A stretch of DNA of 64,000 nucleotides from an uncultured Candidatus Saccharibacteria bacterium (lineage in GTDB: Bacteria > Patescibacteriota > Minisyncoccia > Phycocordibacterales > UBA9973). The translations under genes were made by a program, and so were the position numbers. Positions 1 through 9,353 of this stretch are shown one piece after another (position 1 is the first letter of the stretch; every line of letters starts with the position of its first letter). The notes below the pieces were generated by a model. That model saw only the letters and a program-made list of their open reading frames with translations, was not told the DNA's origin and did no database searches. The DNA is taken from positions 821-64,820 of the forward strand of contig CAYREQ010000003.1 of the NCBI GenBank assembly GCA_964423445.1, in the 5' to 3' direction.

Positions 1-431
1 TCACTCCTTTCTATCTTTGCTATTATTTTTTGTGTACCAGACAAATTTTTTATTAGTTCTCTACATTCCAAAATATCTTTAACTGAAGACACAAAAGATA
101 CTGCTATATATTCCAAATCTTGCTCTACGGCAAATTTTATATACTCTTTATCTGCTTCAGTGATGGCTCTGACTGAGCTATGATCAAAGGTATGACCAGA
201 TTCTTTTTGTATTCTTGGACCAGGTAAATCAGCAATGATGGGAATTTCTCTATTGTGTACTTTTGATAATTTTCTTATCAAATCTATAGTCCCCTTTTTT
301 AAAGTCAGATCTCCCCAAGAAAAATTAAGTCTAGCCACGTCTATATGCTTTTCTATCATCAAGCCAAGTGTTTCTTCTACTGAAGATATAGGCCCTATGG
401 TCGCTATTATTTGTGTCTTGGAATTTTCCAT
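1..431 (-). CDS. pyk: Pyruvate kinase, N-terminal part (runs off window); B domain absent
   Basis: Manual translation from ATG at 431: MENSKTQIIATIGP...VARLNFSWG...IIADLPGPRIQ...AITEADKEYIKFAVEQDLEYIAVSFV...IIAKIER; follows gpmA; not in ORF track. Confidence 0.9.
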   Translation of the reverse strand, partial: MENSKTQIIATIGPISSVEETLGLMIEKHIDVARLNFSWGDLTLKKGTIDLIRKLSKVHNREIPIIADLPGPRIQKESGHTFDHSSVRAITEADKEYIKFAVEQDLEYIAVSFVSSVKDILECRELIKNLSGTQKIIAKIERS

Positions 432-435
432 AAAT

Positions 436-1053
436 TTATTTTGTCTGTCTTATCTCTTTATTTATTATATGCCCATTGTCATCAATGTCATAAATCAAAA
501 TTGCGTTAAAAGGTATTTCCAAGTCAGCCACATCTTCATCCGAAATACTTTCTATATATTTCACCAAAGCTCGCAGAGAATTTCCGTGAGCCACTATGAG
601 CACATCTTTACCTTCTTGTACTTTTGGTACAATTTCTTTTAAATAAAATGGCAATACTCTGTCATACACCATCTGCAATGTCTCTCCATTTGGTATCGCA
701 TAATTCCAGCCTCGGCGTAATTTTTTAAATTCTTCTTCACCTAGGAGCTTTTCCATATCAAATTTATTCTTGCCGGTATAGTCTCCATAATCGCGTTCAT
801 TTAAGGCAGAATTATGTTCGGTAGGGACTGCAGTTTTTTTACATACATCAAGAATACAATTCAGTGTCTCTATTGTGCGCACAGCTTTTGAAGCAAAAGC
901 GCAATCTATATTTACATCTTTGATGAGTAGTCCGACAGCATCGGAATCTTTTACTCCCTTATCGGTGAGGTGCACATCTTTTATCCCTGTCCATTTACCG
1001 AGCTTATTCCATTCTGACTCTTGGTGTCTGGCTATGATCAATTTACCTTTCAT
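436..1053 (-). CDS. gpmA: 2,3-bisphosphoglycerate-dependent phosphoglycerate mutase
   Basis: RHxESEWN..WTG..DV.LT, LNERDYG, RRGW, GETL, AHGNSLRAL motifs. Confidence 0.9.
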   Translation of the reverse strand: MKGKLIIARHQESEWNKLGKWTGIKDVHLTDKGVKDSDAVGLLIKDVNIDCAFASKAVRTIETLNCILDVCKKTAVPTEHNSALNERDYGDYTGKNKFDMEKLLGEEEFKKLRRGWNYAIPNGETLQMVYDRVLPFYLKEIVPKVQEGKDVLIVAHGNSLRALVKYIESISDEDVADLEIPFNAILIYDIDDNGHIINKEIRQTK

Positions 1054-1055
1054 AT

Positions 1056-2030
1056 CTATTTAGTGATTATATTTTTTAATTCTTTACCTTCAAAGAAATC
1101 TATGATATTTTGTGCAGCTACTGTAGCCATAGCTTCACGTGCATCCAGATTTGCCGATGCTATATGTGGAGTAAGGACTGTATTTTCTAACTCGAGTAAG
1201 CCAGCAGAAATATTTGGCTCAAATTCAAACACGTCTAGTGCTGCTCCAGCAATAACTTTTTCTTTTAATATTTTTTCTAGAGCCACTTCATCTACCACAG
1301 GACCACGAGAAGTATTTATCAAATAAGCTGTAGGTTTCATTAGTCGTAAAGTCTTTTCATTTATCAAGTGATGTGTTGATGGCAAAAGTGGCACATGTAG
1401 ACTCACAAAATCTGCTTGCGGTAATAATTCTTCTAAAGAATTACAAAATACTACGCCGAGCTCGTCCTCCAATTTTTTATTTCTATTTATATCTGTGTAG
1501 ATTATTTTAAAGCCTAAACCTTTGCAGAGCTCGGCCACTTTTTCTCCTATCCTTCCGTCTCCCACTAGCCCCACTACTTTCCCAGAAATATTTGTACCTA
1601 AAAAACCCATCGGCTCCCAGCCTGCGTATTTTCCATGTCTCACAAATCTATCTGCTTCTACTATTCTATTTGATAAAGCTAAAATCATACCTATGGCATG
1701 CTCAGCTACAGCGAGAGAAGACAAATCAGTCGGTGCATTGGTGACGGTCACTCCCTTGGTCTTTGCTTCTTCTATATCAATGTTGTCATAGCCAGAAGCA
1801 AAATTTGAAAATATTTTTACACTAGGTGCCACCTCAAAAACACTTTTATCAATCTTGTCCGTCAGTAGTGTGATTACTCCATCGTATGGTTTTTGTTTTA
1901 ATAAATTTATTATCTCATCTGTACTCAATATCTTATCTCCTTTATTTACATCTACACTATAGCCATGCTCTTCTAATAGAGAGACGGCTATCTTTGGTAT
2001 TTCTCTCGTAATTAAAATGTTTTTTGTCAT
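1056..2030 (-). CDS. D-isomer specific 2-hydroxyacid dehydrogenase (glyoxylate reductase/D-glycerate dehydrogenase type)
   Basis: GYDNID, GLVGDGRIG Rossmann motif, INTSRGPVVDE, LDVFEFEP, TPHIAS. Confidence 0.9.
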   Translation of the reverse strand: MTKNILITREIPKIAVSLLEEHGYSVDVNKGDKILSTDEIINLLKQKPYDGVITLLTDKIDKSVFEVAPSVKIFSNFASGYDNIDIEEAKTKGVTVTNAPTDLSSLAVAEHAIGMILALSNRIVEADRFVRHGKYAGWEPMGFLGTNISGKVVGLVGDGRIGEKVAELCKGLGFKIIYTDINRNKKLEDELGVVFCNSLEELLPQADFVSLHVPLLPSTHHLINEKTLRLMKPTAYLINTSRGPVVDEVALEKILKEKVIAGAALDVFEFEPNISAGLLELENTVLTPHIASANLDAREAMATVAAQNIIDFFEGKELKNIITK

Positions 2031-2056
2031 ATTTACATATTAACACTTATAGCTAA

Positions 2057-2093
2057 ATTATAAAAACCAACCTTTTAAGCTGGTTTTTATAAT
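2057..2093. terminator. Intrinsic terminator-like inverted repeat after DUF5679 gene
   Basis: tataaaaacca...tggtttttata imperfect inverted repeat. Confidence 0.5.
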
Positions 2094-2111
2094 TTTATAT
2101 ATATAAATTTA

Positions 2112-2297
2112 TTACATTAATGGCTTTGCATCAGCCTCAGACATAAACTTAAACATGTTTCCTCCGCACTTAGTACAAGTACCTTTTGCAGAGTATCTTC
2201 CCTTTTCGTTTTTTGTAACTACTGGGTTAGACATGACCTGCATTGTAGGCTTATTATTTTCCCTACATTTCATACACAAAGCTTTTAATTCTGCCAT
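2112..2297 (-). CDS. Small zinc-ribbon protein (DUF5679-like)
   Basis: CMKCR...GR...KGTCTKCG...MFKF pattern, 61 aa. Confidence 0.75.
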   Translation of the reverse strand: MAELKALCMKCRENNKPTMQVMSNPVVTKNEKGRYSAKGTCTKCGGNMFKFMSEADAKPLM

Positions 2298-2361
2298 AGA
2301 TTTTATAATTAACTATTAATATAACTTAAGTATAACACAAAAGTATAGTAATATAGTAAAT

Positions 2362-3003
2362 ATGTCAACAAAGCTAATATATTTCGTCAGACACGGTGAG
2401 ACCATTTTAAATGCCCAAAATATCAGGCAAGGAGCTGAAGGCGGGCTCACCGAGCTCGGGAAAACTCAAGCATTGGAGACTGCAAAAAGGTTTCCAAAAC
2501 ACAAAGGACACCCCGAAGTCATCATAACGAGCCCATACGAGCGTACCCGTGAGACAGCAGAAATAATAGCCAAAGAGCTAGGTATGAAAATAGAGTATTG
2601 TGATCTACTGGTAGAGCGTAGAAACCCATCAGAGATAATCGGCAAATGGGGTGAAGATCCAGAGGTAAAAAAAATTGTGGACCAGATGGACAAGAGCTTC
2701 CACGAAGACAATTTGCGAATTTCTGACGAAGAAAACTTTGTAGATTTAAAAGCTCGTGCCAAAAAATTATTGAAATATATCAAAAGAAGACGAGAACATA
2801 GAATAATCATGATTACCCATGGAATATTTTTGAAAATGGTAGTGTCATATATGATAGAGGGCGAAAAACTCACTGCTAGTGAATACAATAAATTGAGTGT
2901 CTACAACCCAGTAAACAATGCGAGTATGGCTATAGTCTCTTACACTGGACACTGGTTTAAAAAAGATGAGTGGAAAATACTAGTCTGGAACGACTTGGAC
3001 TAA
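2362..3003 (+). CDS. Histidine phosphatase family protein
   Basis: FVRHGET, TSPYERTRETA, ITHG motifs. Confidence 0.85.
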   Translation: MSTKLIYFVRHGETILNAQNIRQGAEGGLTELGKTQALETAKRFPKHKGHPEVIITSPYERTRETAEIIAKELGMKIEYCDLLVERRNPSEIIGKWGEDPEVKKIVDQMDKSFHEDNLRISDEENFVDLKARAKKLLKYIKRRREHRIIMITHGIFLKMVVSYMIEGEKLTASEYNKLSVYNPVNNASMAIVSYTGHWFKKDEWKILVWNDLD

Positions 3004-3719
3004 ATACCTGCGACTCCAAAAAGTTTTCCTATTCCAAAAGTTACCACCATAGCTAAAATTCCACCCAAGACTACTCGAAGGGTAGCTTTTCTCTTACTAG
3101 CTCCACCGACATATGCAGAGAGCGTGCCTGTGATTACAAGTGCAAAAAATACTGAGATAAATGTAGCGGTGATTTGCATAGATGCGGGAGCTACAAGTAT
3201 AGCGATGATAGGTATGATAGCTCCACAGAAAAATGCGAGAGCAGATGCATAAGCTGCGTGAAATGGATTTGTCAGGTCATTTGGATTTATATTTAATTCT
3301 GCGTCCACGTGTGCTGCAAAAGCATCTTTATCTGTGAGCTCACGAGCTACTACTTCGGCTGTTGTGCGAGAAAGGCCTTTACCTTGATAAATTACAGTCA
3401 GCTCTTCGAGCTCTTGCTCTGGCATATTTTCTATTTCCCAAAGTTCTTTTTTAAGTAAAGCTTTTTCTGTATCTCGTTGACTACTGACAGATACATATTC
3501 GCCGACAGCCATAGACAAAGCTCCAGCCACGAGTGCTGCTACACCCGCAGTCAATATAAAACTTTTATCATGAGATGCTCCAGCCACGCCCACGATGACA
3601 GCTGCCACCGATACAATACCATCATTGGCTCCGAGCACAGCAGCTCGGAGCCAATTTAGTTTGGAGTTTGTAGAAAAACTATTTAATTCTAAGTGTAAAA
3701 GCGGGTCACGAGAAGTCAT
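3000..3719 (-). CDS. VIT1/CCC1 family Fe/Mn transporter
   Basis: NWLRAAVLGANDGIVS, AGALSMAVGEYVSVSSQ. Confidence 0.92.
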   Translation of the reverse strand: MTSRDPLLHLELNSFSTNSKLNWLRAAVLGANDGIVSVAAVIVGVAGASHDKSFILTAGVAALVAGALSMAVGEYVSVSSQRDTEKALLKKELWEIENMPEQELEELTVIYQGKGLSRTTAEVVARELTDKDAFAAHVDAELNINPNDLTNPFHAAYASALAFFCGAIIPIIAILVAPASMQITATFISVFFALVITGTLSAYVGGASKRKATLRVVLGGILAMVVTFGIGKLFGVAGI

Positions 3720-3748
3720 GACTACATTATACCATTTTTTACCTCAAA

Positions 3749-4162
3749 TTACGCTGAGAGTATAAAGGCAGCCACCATCACAGCCACGAAAGCAAAGCCA
3801 GACATTATAAAGATTTGTTTTAGCCAATATTTCCTTTTAGTGTTTGCCCAGATTACAGCACCTACTTGTGTAGGCACTACAAAGCCAATCCAAATCCAAA
3901 AACCAACGTGATAAATACTAAATTCAGGCATATATGGTGCTAGGCCTGCTAGAGACACTGTCATAAAAAATGTCAGGAATAATTGCAGAGCATAAAAAGG
4001 CATCATTTCCTTTTGCATTTTCTTTAACTCTTCTTTTGATAAATGTGTGCATTCCATTATCTGCATCCATGTCTTACCGAAAAGAATCGGTGAATACCAG
4101 ATAGCTCCTAATACAAACTGCACTATACTAGCTATAAAAACCAATTTATAATTTATATCCAT
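3749..4162 (-). CDS. DUF1761 family membrane protein
   Basis: LGAIWYSPILFGKTW, four hydrophobic segments. Confidence 0.8.
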   Translation of the reverse strand: MDINYKLVFIASIVQFVLGAIWYSPILFGKTWMQIMECTHLSKEELKKMQKEMMPFYALQLFLTFFMTVSLAGLAPYMPEFSIYHVGFWIWIGFVVPTQVGAVIWANTKRKYWLKQIFIMSGFAFVAVMVAAFILSA

Positions 4163-4204
4163 ATGTTTATTTTGTTACTTTTAATATACTAAAATAATAT
4201 CACT

Positions 4205-4726
4205 TTAGTTTATTTCAGCACAAGCCACATCTGTGAGTTGTAAATTGTATAGAATTTTACTTTGATCTTTGTATACGTAGACACCATCTCCCCTGTCTAC
4301 CATCTCCCCAAATCCGATACTAGCTGTGCCTTCACCAAATATAAATTTCAATTGCTCTTTTGTATTCATGCCCTCAGCTAGTGTGTCCCATGTGGCATCC
4401 ACTGTTCGTGCCATCATCACTTTATCTACTGCACTGACTGTACCTTCAAATTTTCCTATTTTTTTATCTTTCTCTGCTGGCAAGAGATTCAACTCTCCTA
4501 ACACTTTCCCCTCTTTATTGTCTATGAGCATTTTGAGTGTAAATTTATCAAAGAAACCCTGCTCATTTGTTTTTCCTTTTTGCATAAAGCAAAGCTCTAC
4601 GGGTTTTACCTCTTCTACTACTGGTGGAGTTACGACGACAGGAGAAGACATCTTTTTATTGTTTATTAAAAAGAAAGCTCCTATTACTAGTAATACCGCA
4701 AACACTACGATTAGTATTTTTTTCAT
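4205..4726 (-). CDS. Hypothetical exported/membrane-anchored protein
   Basis: N-terminal hydrophobic anchor; PAEKD..G..G and AEG motifs; TGaTATAAT 6 nt upstream of ATG. Confidence 0.65.
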   Translation of the reverse strand: MKKILIVVFAVLLVIGAFFLINNKKMSSPVVVTPPVVEEVKPVELCFMQKGKTNEQGFFDKFTLKMLIDNKEGKVLGELNLLPAEKDKKIGKFEGTVSAVDKVMMARTVDATWDTLAEGMNTKEQLKFIFGEGTASIGFGEMVDRGDGVYVYKDQSKILYNLQLTDVACAEIN

Positions 4727-4743
4727 GTATTTATTATATCACT

Positions 4744-5130
4744 CTATCTATATAGATGTGCTGTTCGTTTTAATTCAGCTCGGATGATTTTATGATTTGG
4801 CACTGTTTGTGCGACCAAATTCCAAAAATTTACTGAGTGGTTGAATTCTTTTAGATGGCAGAGCTCGTGCACGATAATATAATCCGCAATATGTGGAGGT
4901 AAAAACAATACTTTATAATTGAAATTCAAATTGCCCTGTTTGGAGCAGCTACCCCACCGAGATTTGGTATTTCGTATAGATACCCTACCCACCCGAAAAC
5001 CATATTGAGTATTAAGTGTAGCTATTTTTGTATGTACCAAAGCTCTAGCCTCTTCTTTATATTTTTTATAGTCCCACCTAGTGTATTTCTTTTTACCTAG
5101 AAAATTTAAAATCTGATTTACAATCATCAA
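4744..5130 (-). CDS. YgjP/DUF45-like metallopeptidase-domain protein, copy 1
   Basis: KSRWGSCS, YIIVHELCHL..NHS..FW. Confidence 0.85.
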   Translation of the reverse strand: MMIVNQILNFLGKKKYTRWDYKKYKEEARALVHTKIATLNTQYGFRVGRVSIRNTKSRWGSCSKQGNLNFNYKVLFLPPHIADYIIVHELCHLKEFNHSVNFWNLVAQTVPNHKIIRAELKRTAHLYR

Positions 5131-5193
5131 AGAATTTTAGCACAAATGACTGAAAGTTAATTTGTGTTGTATCTACTTTTATTAAAAACTGCT

Positions 5194-5742
5194 TTAATCC
5201 AAGATATCCCACAGATGTAGAGTCAGAGCGGTGCGCTCGCCTTTGTGTGGTTCGGCCAATTTCAGCATGATTTTTTCTGTAGGTAGATTTTTCAATTTAA
5301 AAGCTTTTTGAAAACCTTTTCTAGTGCCTAGATCACCCACGGGCAATACATCCGGCCTATTCAATGCAAATATTAAAAACATGTCGGCTGTCCAAGGACC
5401 GATGCCTTTCACGGCGAGTAAGTGTTCTTTGACCTCGGCATCTGTCATCTTGTGAAAATTTTTATGATTGATAGTTTTATCCAAAAATTTCTCTGACAAA
5501 TCTTTGAGGTAGCCAGACTTTTGTGGAGATATGCCAGCAGATTTTAATTGTGCAATATTAAATTTTAAAAAAGCTTCAGGCGTCGGCTTTTTCTTTCCAA
5601 AGAGCGCTATAAATTTTGCATAGATAGCATTGCCTGCTTTAGTAGAAATCTGCTGATATATCATCGCTCGCGCCAAAGACAAAAAAGCATTCTTTGTCGG
5701 TGTAATCTTCCGTAATTTCTTTTTATTTATTTTGAGTTTCAT
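5194..5742 (-). CDS. DNA-3-methyladenine glycosylase II (AlkA-like, HhH-GPD)
   Basis: IYQQIS, VKGIGPWTADMFLIF, DVLPVGDLG. Confidence 0.9.
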   Translation of the reverse strand: MKLKINKKKLRKITPTKNAFLSLARAMIYQQISTKAGNAIYAKFIALFGKKKPTPEAFLKFNIAQLKSAGISPQKSGYLKDLSEKFLDKTINHKNFHKMTDAEVKEHLLAVKGIGPWTADMFLIFALNRPDVLPVGDLGTRKGFQKAFKLKNLPTEKIMLKLAEPHKGERTALTLHLWDILD

Positions 5743-5766
5743 ATATATAATAAATATAAGTGATCT

Positions 5767-6108
5767 CTAACGGGACATAATTTCTATAGAAAAATTAAAT
5801 TCTTCGCCGTCGTAAAGATTTTCTTCAAAACGAACTTCTTTTTTTAGTGGTAAGACATATGTATTTGATCTCTTGTCTGGAAATATAGAAGTCTGCCACT
5901 CTGTCTTTTTTACTTTCGCTTTCACATACACAGCTCCCCACCCTCGGCGAAGATTCCCCTTTTGCATTTCCTTTATCTTTTCTGAAATTTTCTCTGGCAA
6001 ATAAGCAAACCTCCAAGCTCCTTTATCGTCCCCTTTTGCCCGAACGCCATTTTGCCAAACAATAACTTTGCTTTTAAATTTGAAGATGGTTTTAGATTTT
6101 TTTTGCAT
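5767..6108 (-). CDS. DUF1905 domain protein
   Basis: W.F..LP, GWGAVYVKA, WQTSIFP, YVLPLKKEVR. Confidence 0.8.
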   Translation of the reverse strand: MQKKSKTIFKFKSKVIVWQNGVRAKGDDKGAWRFAYLPEKISEKIKEMQKGNLRRGWGAVYVKAKVKKTEWQTSIFPDKRSNTYVLPLKKEVRFEENLYDGEEFNFSIEIMSR

Positions 6109-6110
6109 AT

Positions 6111-6515
6111 CTATTTTAATATATAAATCGAAAGTATGTTTTTTAGATTAACGCTCAAAATTGGAAAAGAATACGCACCAGCAACTTTCCATGAGTGAGA
6201 ATTTTTAATTGTTGGAAGAATTTTTTTTAACACCTTGTCATGAGGGTATAAATACCAATTATCATTTTGCTTATCCTGAAAACAAATATATAGGTCTTTT
6301 TTAAGATATTTTCTTTCAAAAGTTGCTCTTCCTTTTAATTGAACTCGCAAAAATTCTTTACCATTAAAATTTAAAGCAATAAAATCTGCTCCCATCCAGT
6401 CATCAGAAAGCTTAATGGTTGTGTATCCGTAATCAGCAAAGATAGCCGTTACCTTTTGGAAATTATAAATCTCTTTCTGTCTTGCGTTAAGTTTGTTATA
6501 TGAGATTTTTTTCAT
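6111..6515 (-). CDS. Small PD-(D/E)xK-type nuclease
   Basis: GADFIA...RVQLKGR (D...QxK catalytic pattern); start overlaps REase stop (ATGA). Confidence 0.6.
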   Translation of the reverse strand: MKKISYNKLNARQKEIYNFQKVTAIFADYGYTTIKLSDDWMGADFIALNFNGKEFLRVQLKGRATFERKYLKKDLYICFQDKQNDNWYLYPHDKVLKKILPTIKNSHSWKVAGAYSFPILSVNLKNILSIYILK

Positions 6516-8227
6516 TTTTTAACATAGTATGTTTTTTCTAGTTTTACATTTCCTTCTTTATATTGAAAAATATCTAGGTCTCCACCGATCCATACCTTCC
6601 ATTTTTTCATATCTGGAGATATTGTAACAAAAAAATTTATTTTCTCTATAGGTAAACCTTTTAAATTACTTTTTTCGCCTGGAATCCAGAAACTAACACT
6701 TAATAATATTGGTAAATTATTATTCTCTGGTGAAGTTTTTTCTACTAATTTACTCAGGGCATTTTTAAAATCATTATCTAAGCTATAAGCTTGTAGCTTA
6801 TCTATGTCTGCAGATACTTTTCTTTGGTTGTATGCACCCTTACTCTCGGTTAAATCAAGATATTTATTCGGGTAAAAAGCTACGACATCAATATATTTTC
6901 TCTGTTGACTTCTTCCTGTGCCTGCTTGAGGTAGGATCGCACGATCACCCTGAGCACCTGGGTAACTTATAGATATTATTTTAAAACCATTTTTTTTCAA
7001 AACTTGATGAGATACAATGTAAGTTACATCATCCTCTTCTATAAAATTTCTTTCTGCTATTTTTGTTGCACTTAAATTACCTTTTTTGTTTAAAAAATCG
7101 AAGTTAATTTTCCAGCTCAAAATAATTCTATCATTACCTTTTTTATCTTGTATGATAAATTTTTCAGAATTACAAAATATTGCAAATAATTGCTTATTAA
7201 GCGTGTTAAAATTTTCTAGAACAAACCCTGTGATGTCTATATAATTCGAAATAAGTTTAGATGATTTTAGGTATTTATTATCCTCCAAGTATTGATTGAA
7301 ATTCCCAATCTTGTCTAGGTTTGTTCCTTTTATAAAAGCCTTCAAAAAATCATAATTACTCTTTAATTTATTTAATTTAAAAACTTTATCTCCAGTGGAG
7401 GGGAAAATTATTTTCGATATTATTTTTTTATTGTATCTATATTTATAATACCAAATCATTCCTCGCTCGGGGTCCATGCCGTGCCCCATACGATTAAATT
7501 TAAAATAAAGAGATTTTTCTTCATTTATCCATTTCAGCCTTGAGCTATTGAATTTTTCACTATTATCTTCTAACTCAATCTTGGATATTTTTTCTATCCA
7601 ATATTTCAAATTTAAATCTTTCTTTAATATAGGTAAAACATTCCTAGCTAAACTTTCTTTTTTTATTTTTTCAAAATTATCTTCAGTATATTTTATTGTT
7701 TTAGTTAATAGTGATGAAAATTCTTTTATATTAGGTGGACAGGAAAAATATTCTTTATCTCTCTTTACATAATTTGAAGATTCAAGAGGCCACTCAAGGT
7801 GAAATGAAGGTACCCCGAATTTTTTATAAATAAGAGCATAGGGCTCAATTATATTAAAATTTGTATTTCCTCCATGCTTACTATTTGAAAGCTTTAAGGG
7901 TGAAATCTTTATGTAAAAACACTCGCCTGCAACAGCGCCAATATAACCATCGAACCTTTGAAGTTCATGGTCTTCTGTTATTACTGCTTCTGAAAACTCA
8001 ATTACAAATAAGGGTATCTCTTCTTCGTCTTTTACAAATGAAATTAGAATGTCTGGATTTTTAAATTTTAAAATTTTTGAAACCCTTGAACCTTCAATAT
8101 ATCCAACACTCTTTGATAAATACACTAATTTAATGTGGAGGTGTGGAAAAGTCTTACTTATTATTGGGCGAACATAGTGATTGGCTTGTTCGTATGATTC
8201 ATAATATATCCTGATTTCTTGATTCAT
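6512..8227 (-). CDS. Type II(S) restriction endonuclease with two putative catalytic domains (Mva1269I/BsmI/BsrDI-like)
   Basis: N-terminal NPD...IEFS...TEDHELQRF and C-terminal YID...TESK motifs; directly downstream of two MTases. Confidence 0.7.
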   Translation of the reverse strand: MNQEIRIYYESYEQANHYVRPIISKTFPHLHIKLVYLSKSVGYIEGSRVSKILKFKNPDILISFVKDEEEIPLFVIEFSEAVITEDHELQRFDGYIGAVAGECFYIKISPLKLSNSKHGGNTNFNIIEPYALIYKKFGVPSFHLEWPLESSNYVKRDKEYFSCPPNIKEFSSLLTKTIKYTEDNFEKIKKESLARNVLPILKKDLNLKYWIEKISKIELEDNSEKFNSSRLKWINEEKSLYFKFNRMGHGMDPERGMIWYYKYRYNKKIISKIIFPSTGDKVFKLNKLKSNYDFLKAFIKGTNLDKIGNFNQYLEDNKYLKSSKLISNYIDITGFVLENFNTLNKQLFAIFCNSEKFIIQDKKGNDRIILSWKINFDFLNKKGNLSATKIAERNFIEEDDVTYIVSHQVLKKNGFKIISISYPGAQGDRAILPQAGTGRSQQRKYIDVVAFYPNKYLDLTESKGAYNQRKVSADIDKLQAYSLDNDFKNALSKLVEKTSPENNNLPILLSVSFWIPGEKSNLKGLPIEKINFFVTISPDMKKWKVWIGGDLDIFQYKEGNVKLEKTYYVKK

Positions 8228-8231
8228 GACA

Positions 8232-9353
8232 TTATTTTTCTAAAAATATTAAATGCTCTTCTTTTTTAATAAGTGATGAAAAACTTGGATTAAACATCCT
8301 AGAATGCTTCGACATTGGCGCACTGGCTATGTCCATAAATTTTAGACCAACTTCTTTTGAAATTTTTTTCATAATTTTATTCATTTTAATTAGCTTTTTA
8401 TCTATAACTGAATCTCCAATAATTATAAAAATTTTTCCGCCCTTTTTTATTATTCTCTTTATTTCTATTAAACACTTTTTTATGTCTTGTTCCCATTTTT
8501 GTGGATCTTCTTTCAAAGAAGAAAACTCGTGCCTTGATCCTATCTCGTTTAATTGTGCATATTTCACATCCATGTCTAGCCAATGTTTTCTGTGTTTATG
8601 GTAAAGATAATAATCATAGGTATTAGCATATGGGGGAGAAGTGATTATTAAATCAACCGAGTTTTTATTTAGCTTACTTAGATCTCTACTGTCTGCTTGA
8701 AAAACCTTTAGTTTAACCTTTGAATCTTTGGTTTTTTGAAAAAAATCTAAGTAAATACTTTTTATTTCTATTGATTTTTGAATAAAAATTCTAATTGTTT
8801 CTAGATCTTTTATATCCTTATTTATTGCAACATATCTAGTATTACTGTCTTGATTTGAAACTCTAACTAAAATTGAAGAAAAAATTATAAAAAATAAATC
8901 TTTTAATTCTTGTTCTTTCAATTTTAAAATCTCTAACTTTATAAAAGACAGCTCTTTAATTACATTACCTTGAAACCAGTGATCTATATTTTCATAATGA
9001 AAATTTTTAATATTTTTTGACTTTTTATATTTAATTGGCAATTCCTCGCAAAATCTATCTATTTTATTTAACAAATTTGGCGACAAGGGCTTTGCTTTAA
9101 CTTGTGATAAAAGACAAGAAAGAGGATTTATATCACTACCAAAAGAAGAGTGCCCCAGAAGAGTTGCTTCTAGTAAAGTGGTGCCAGACCCGACAAACGG
9201 GTCAAAAACTATATCTCCCTTTTTACCGAATTTTTGAATTATTTTCCTAGGAATAAATGCTGGAAACTTACAAGGAAACGCATGAAAATTATGTAGAGAA
9301 TGATTTCCTTCTTTTTTTGTATTATTAAATATATCTTTTAATTCTTTACTCAT
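8232..9353 (-). CDS. DNA amino-methyltransferase (probably N4-cytosine)
   Basis: FHAFPCKF, DPFVGSGTT (motif I), TSPPY (motif IV), EIGS. Confidence 0.9.
   Translation of the reverse strand: MSKELKDIFNNTKKEGNHSLHNFHAFPCKFPAFIPRKIIQKFGKKGDIVFDPFVGSGTTLLEATLLGHSSFGSDINPLSCLLSQVKAKPLSPNLLNKIDRFCEELPIKYKKSKNIKNFHYENIDHWFQGNVIKELSFIKLEILKLKEQELKDLFFIIFSSILVRVSNQDSNTRYVAINKDIKDLETIRIFIQKSIEIKSIYLDFFQKTKDSKVKLKVFQADSRDLSKLNKNSVDLIITSPPYANTYDYYLYHKHRKHWLDMDVKYAQLNEIGSRHEFSSLKEDPQKWEQDIKKCLIEIKRIIKKGGKIFIIIGDSVIDKKLIKMNKIMKKISKEVGLKFMDIASAPMSKHSRMFNPSFSSLIKKEEHLIFLEK

Noticed and set aside
235-642. 135-aa plus-strand ORF
   Set aside because: Antisense shadow of pyk/gpmA; the other short antisense or overlapping ORFs in the track were dismissed for the same reason
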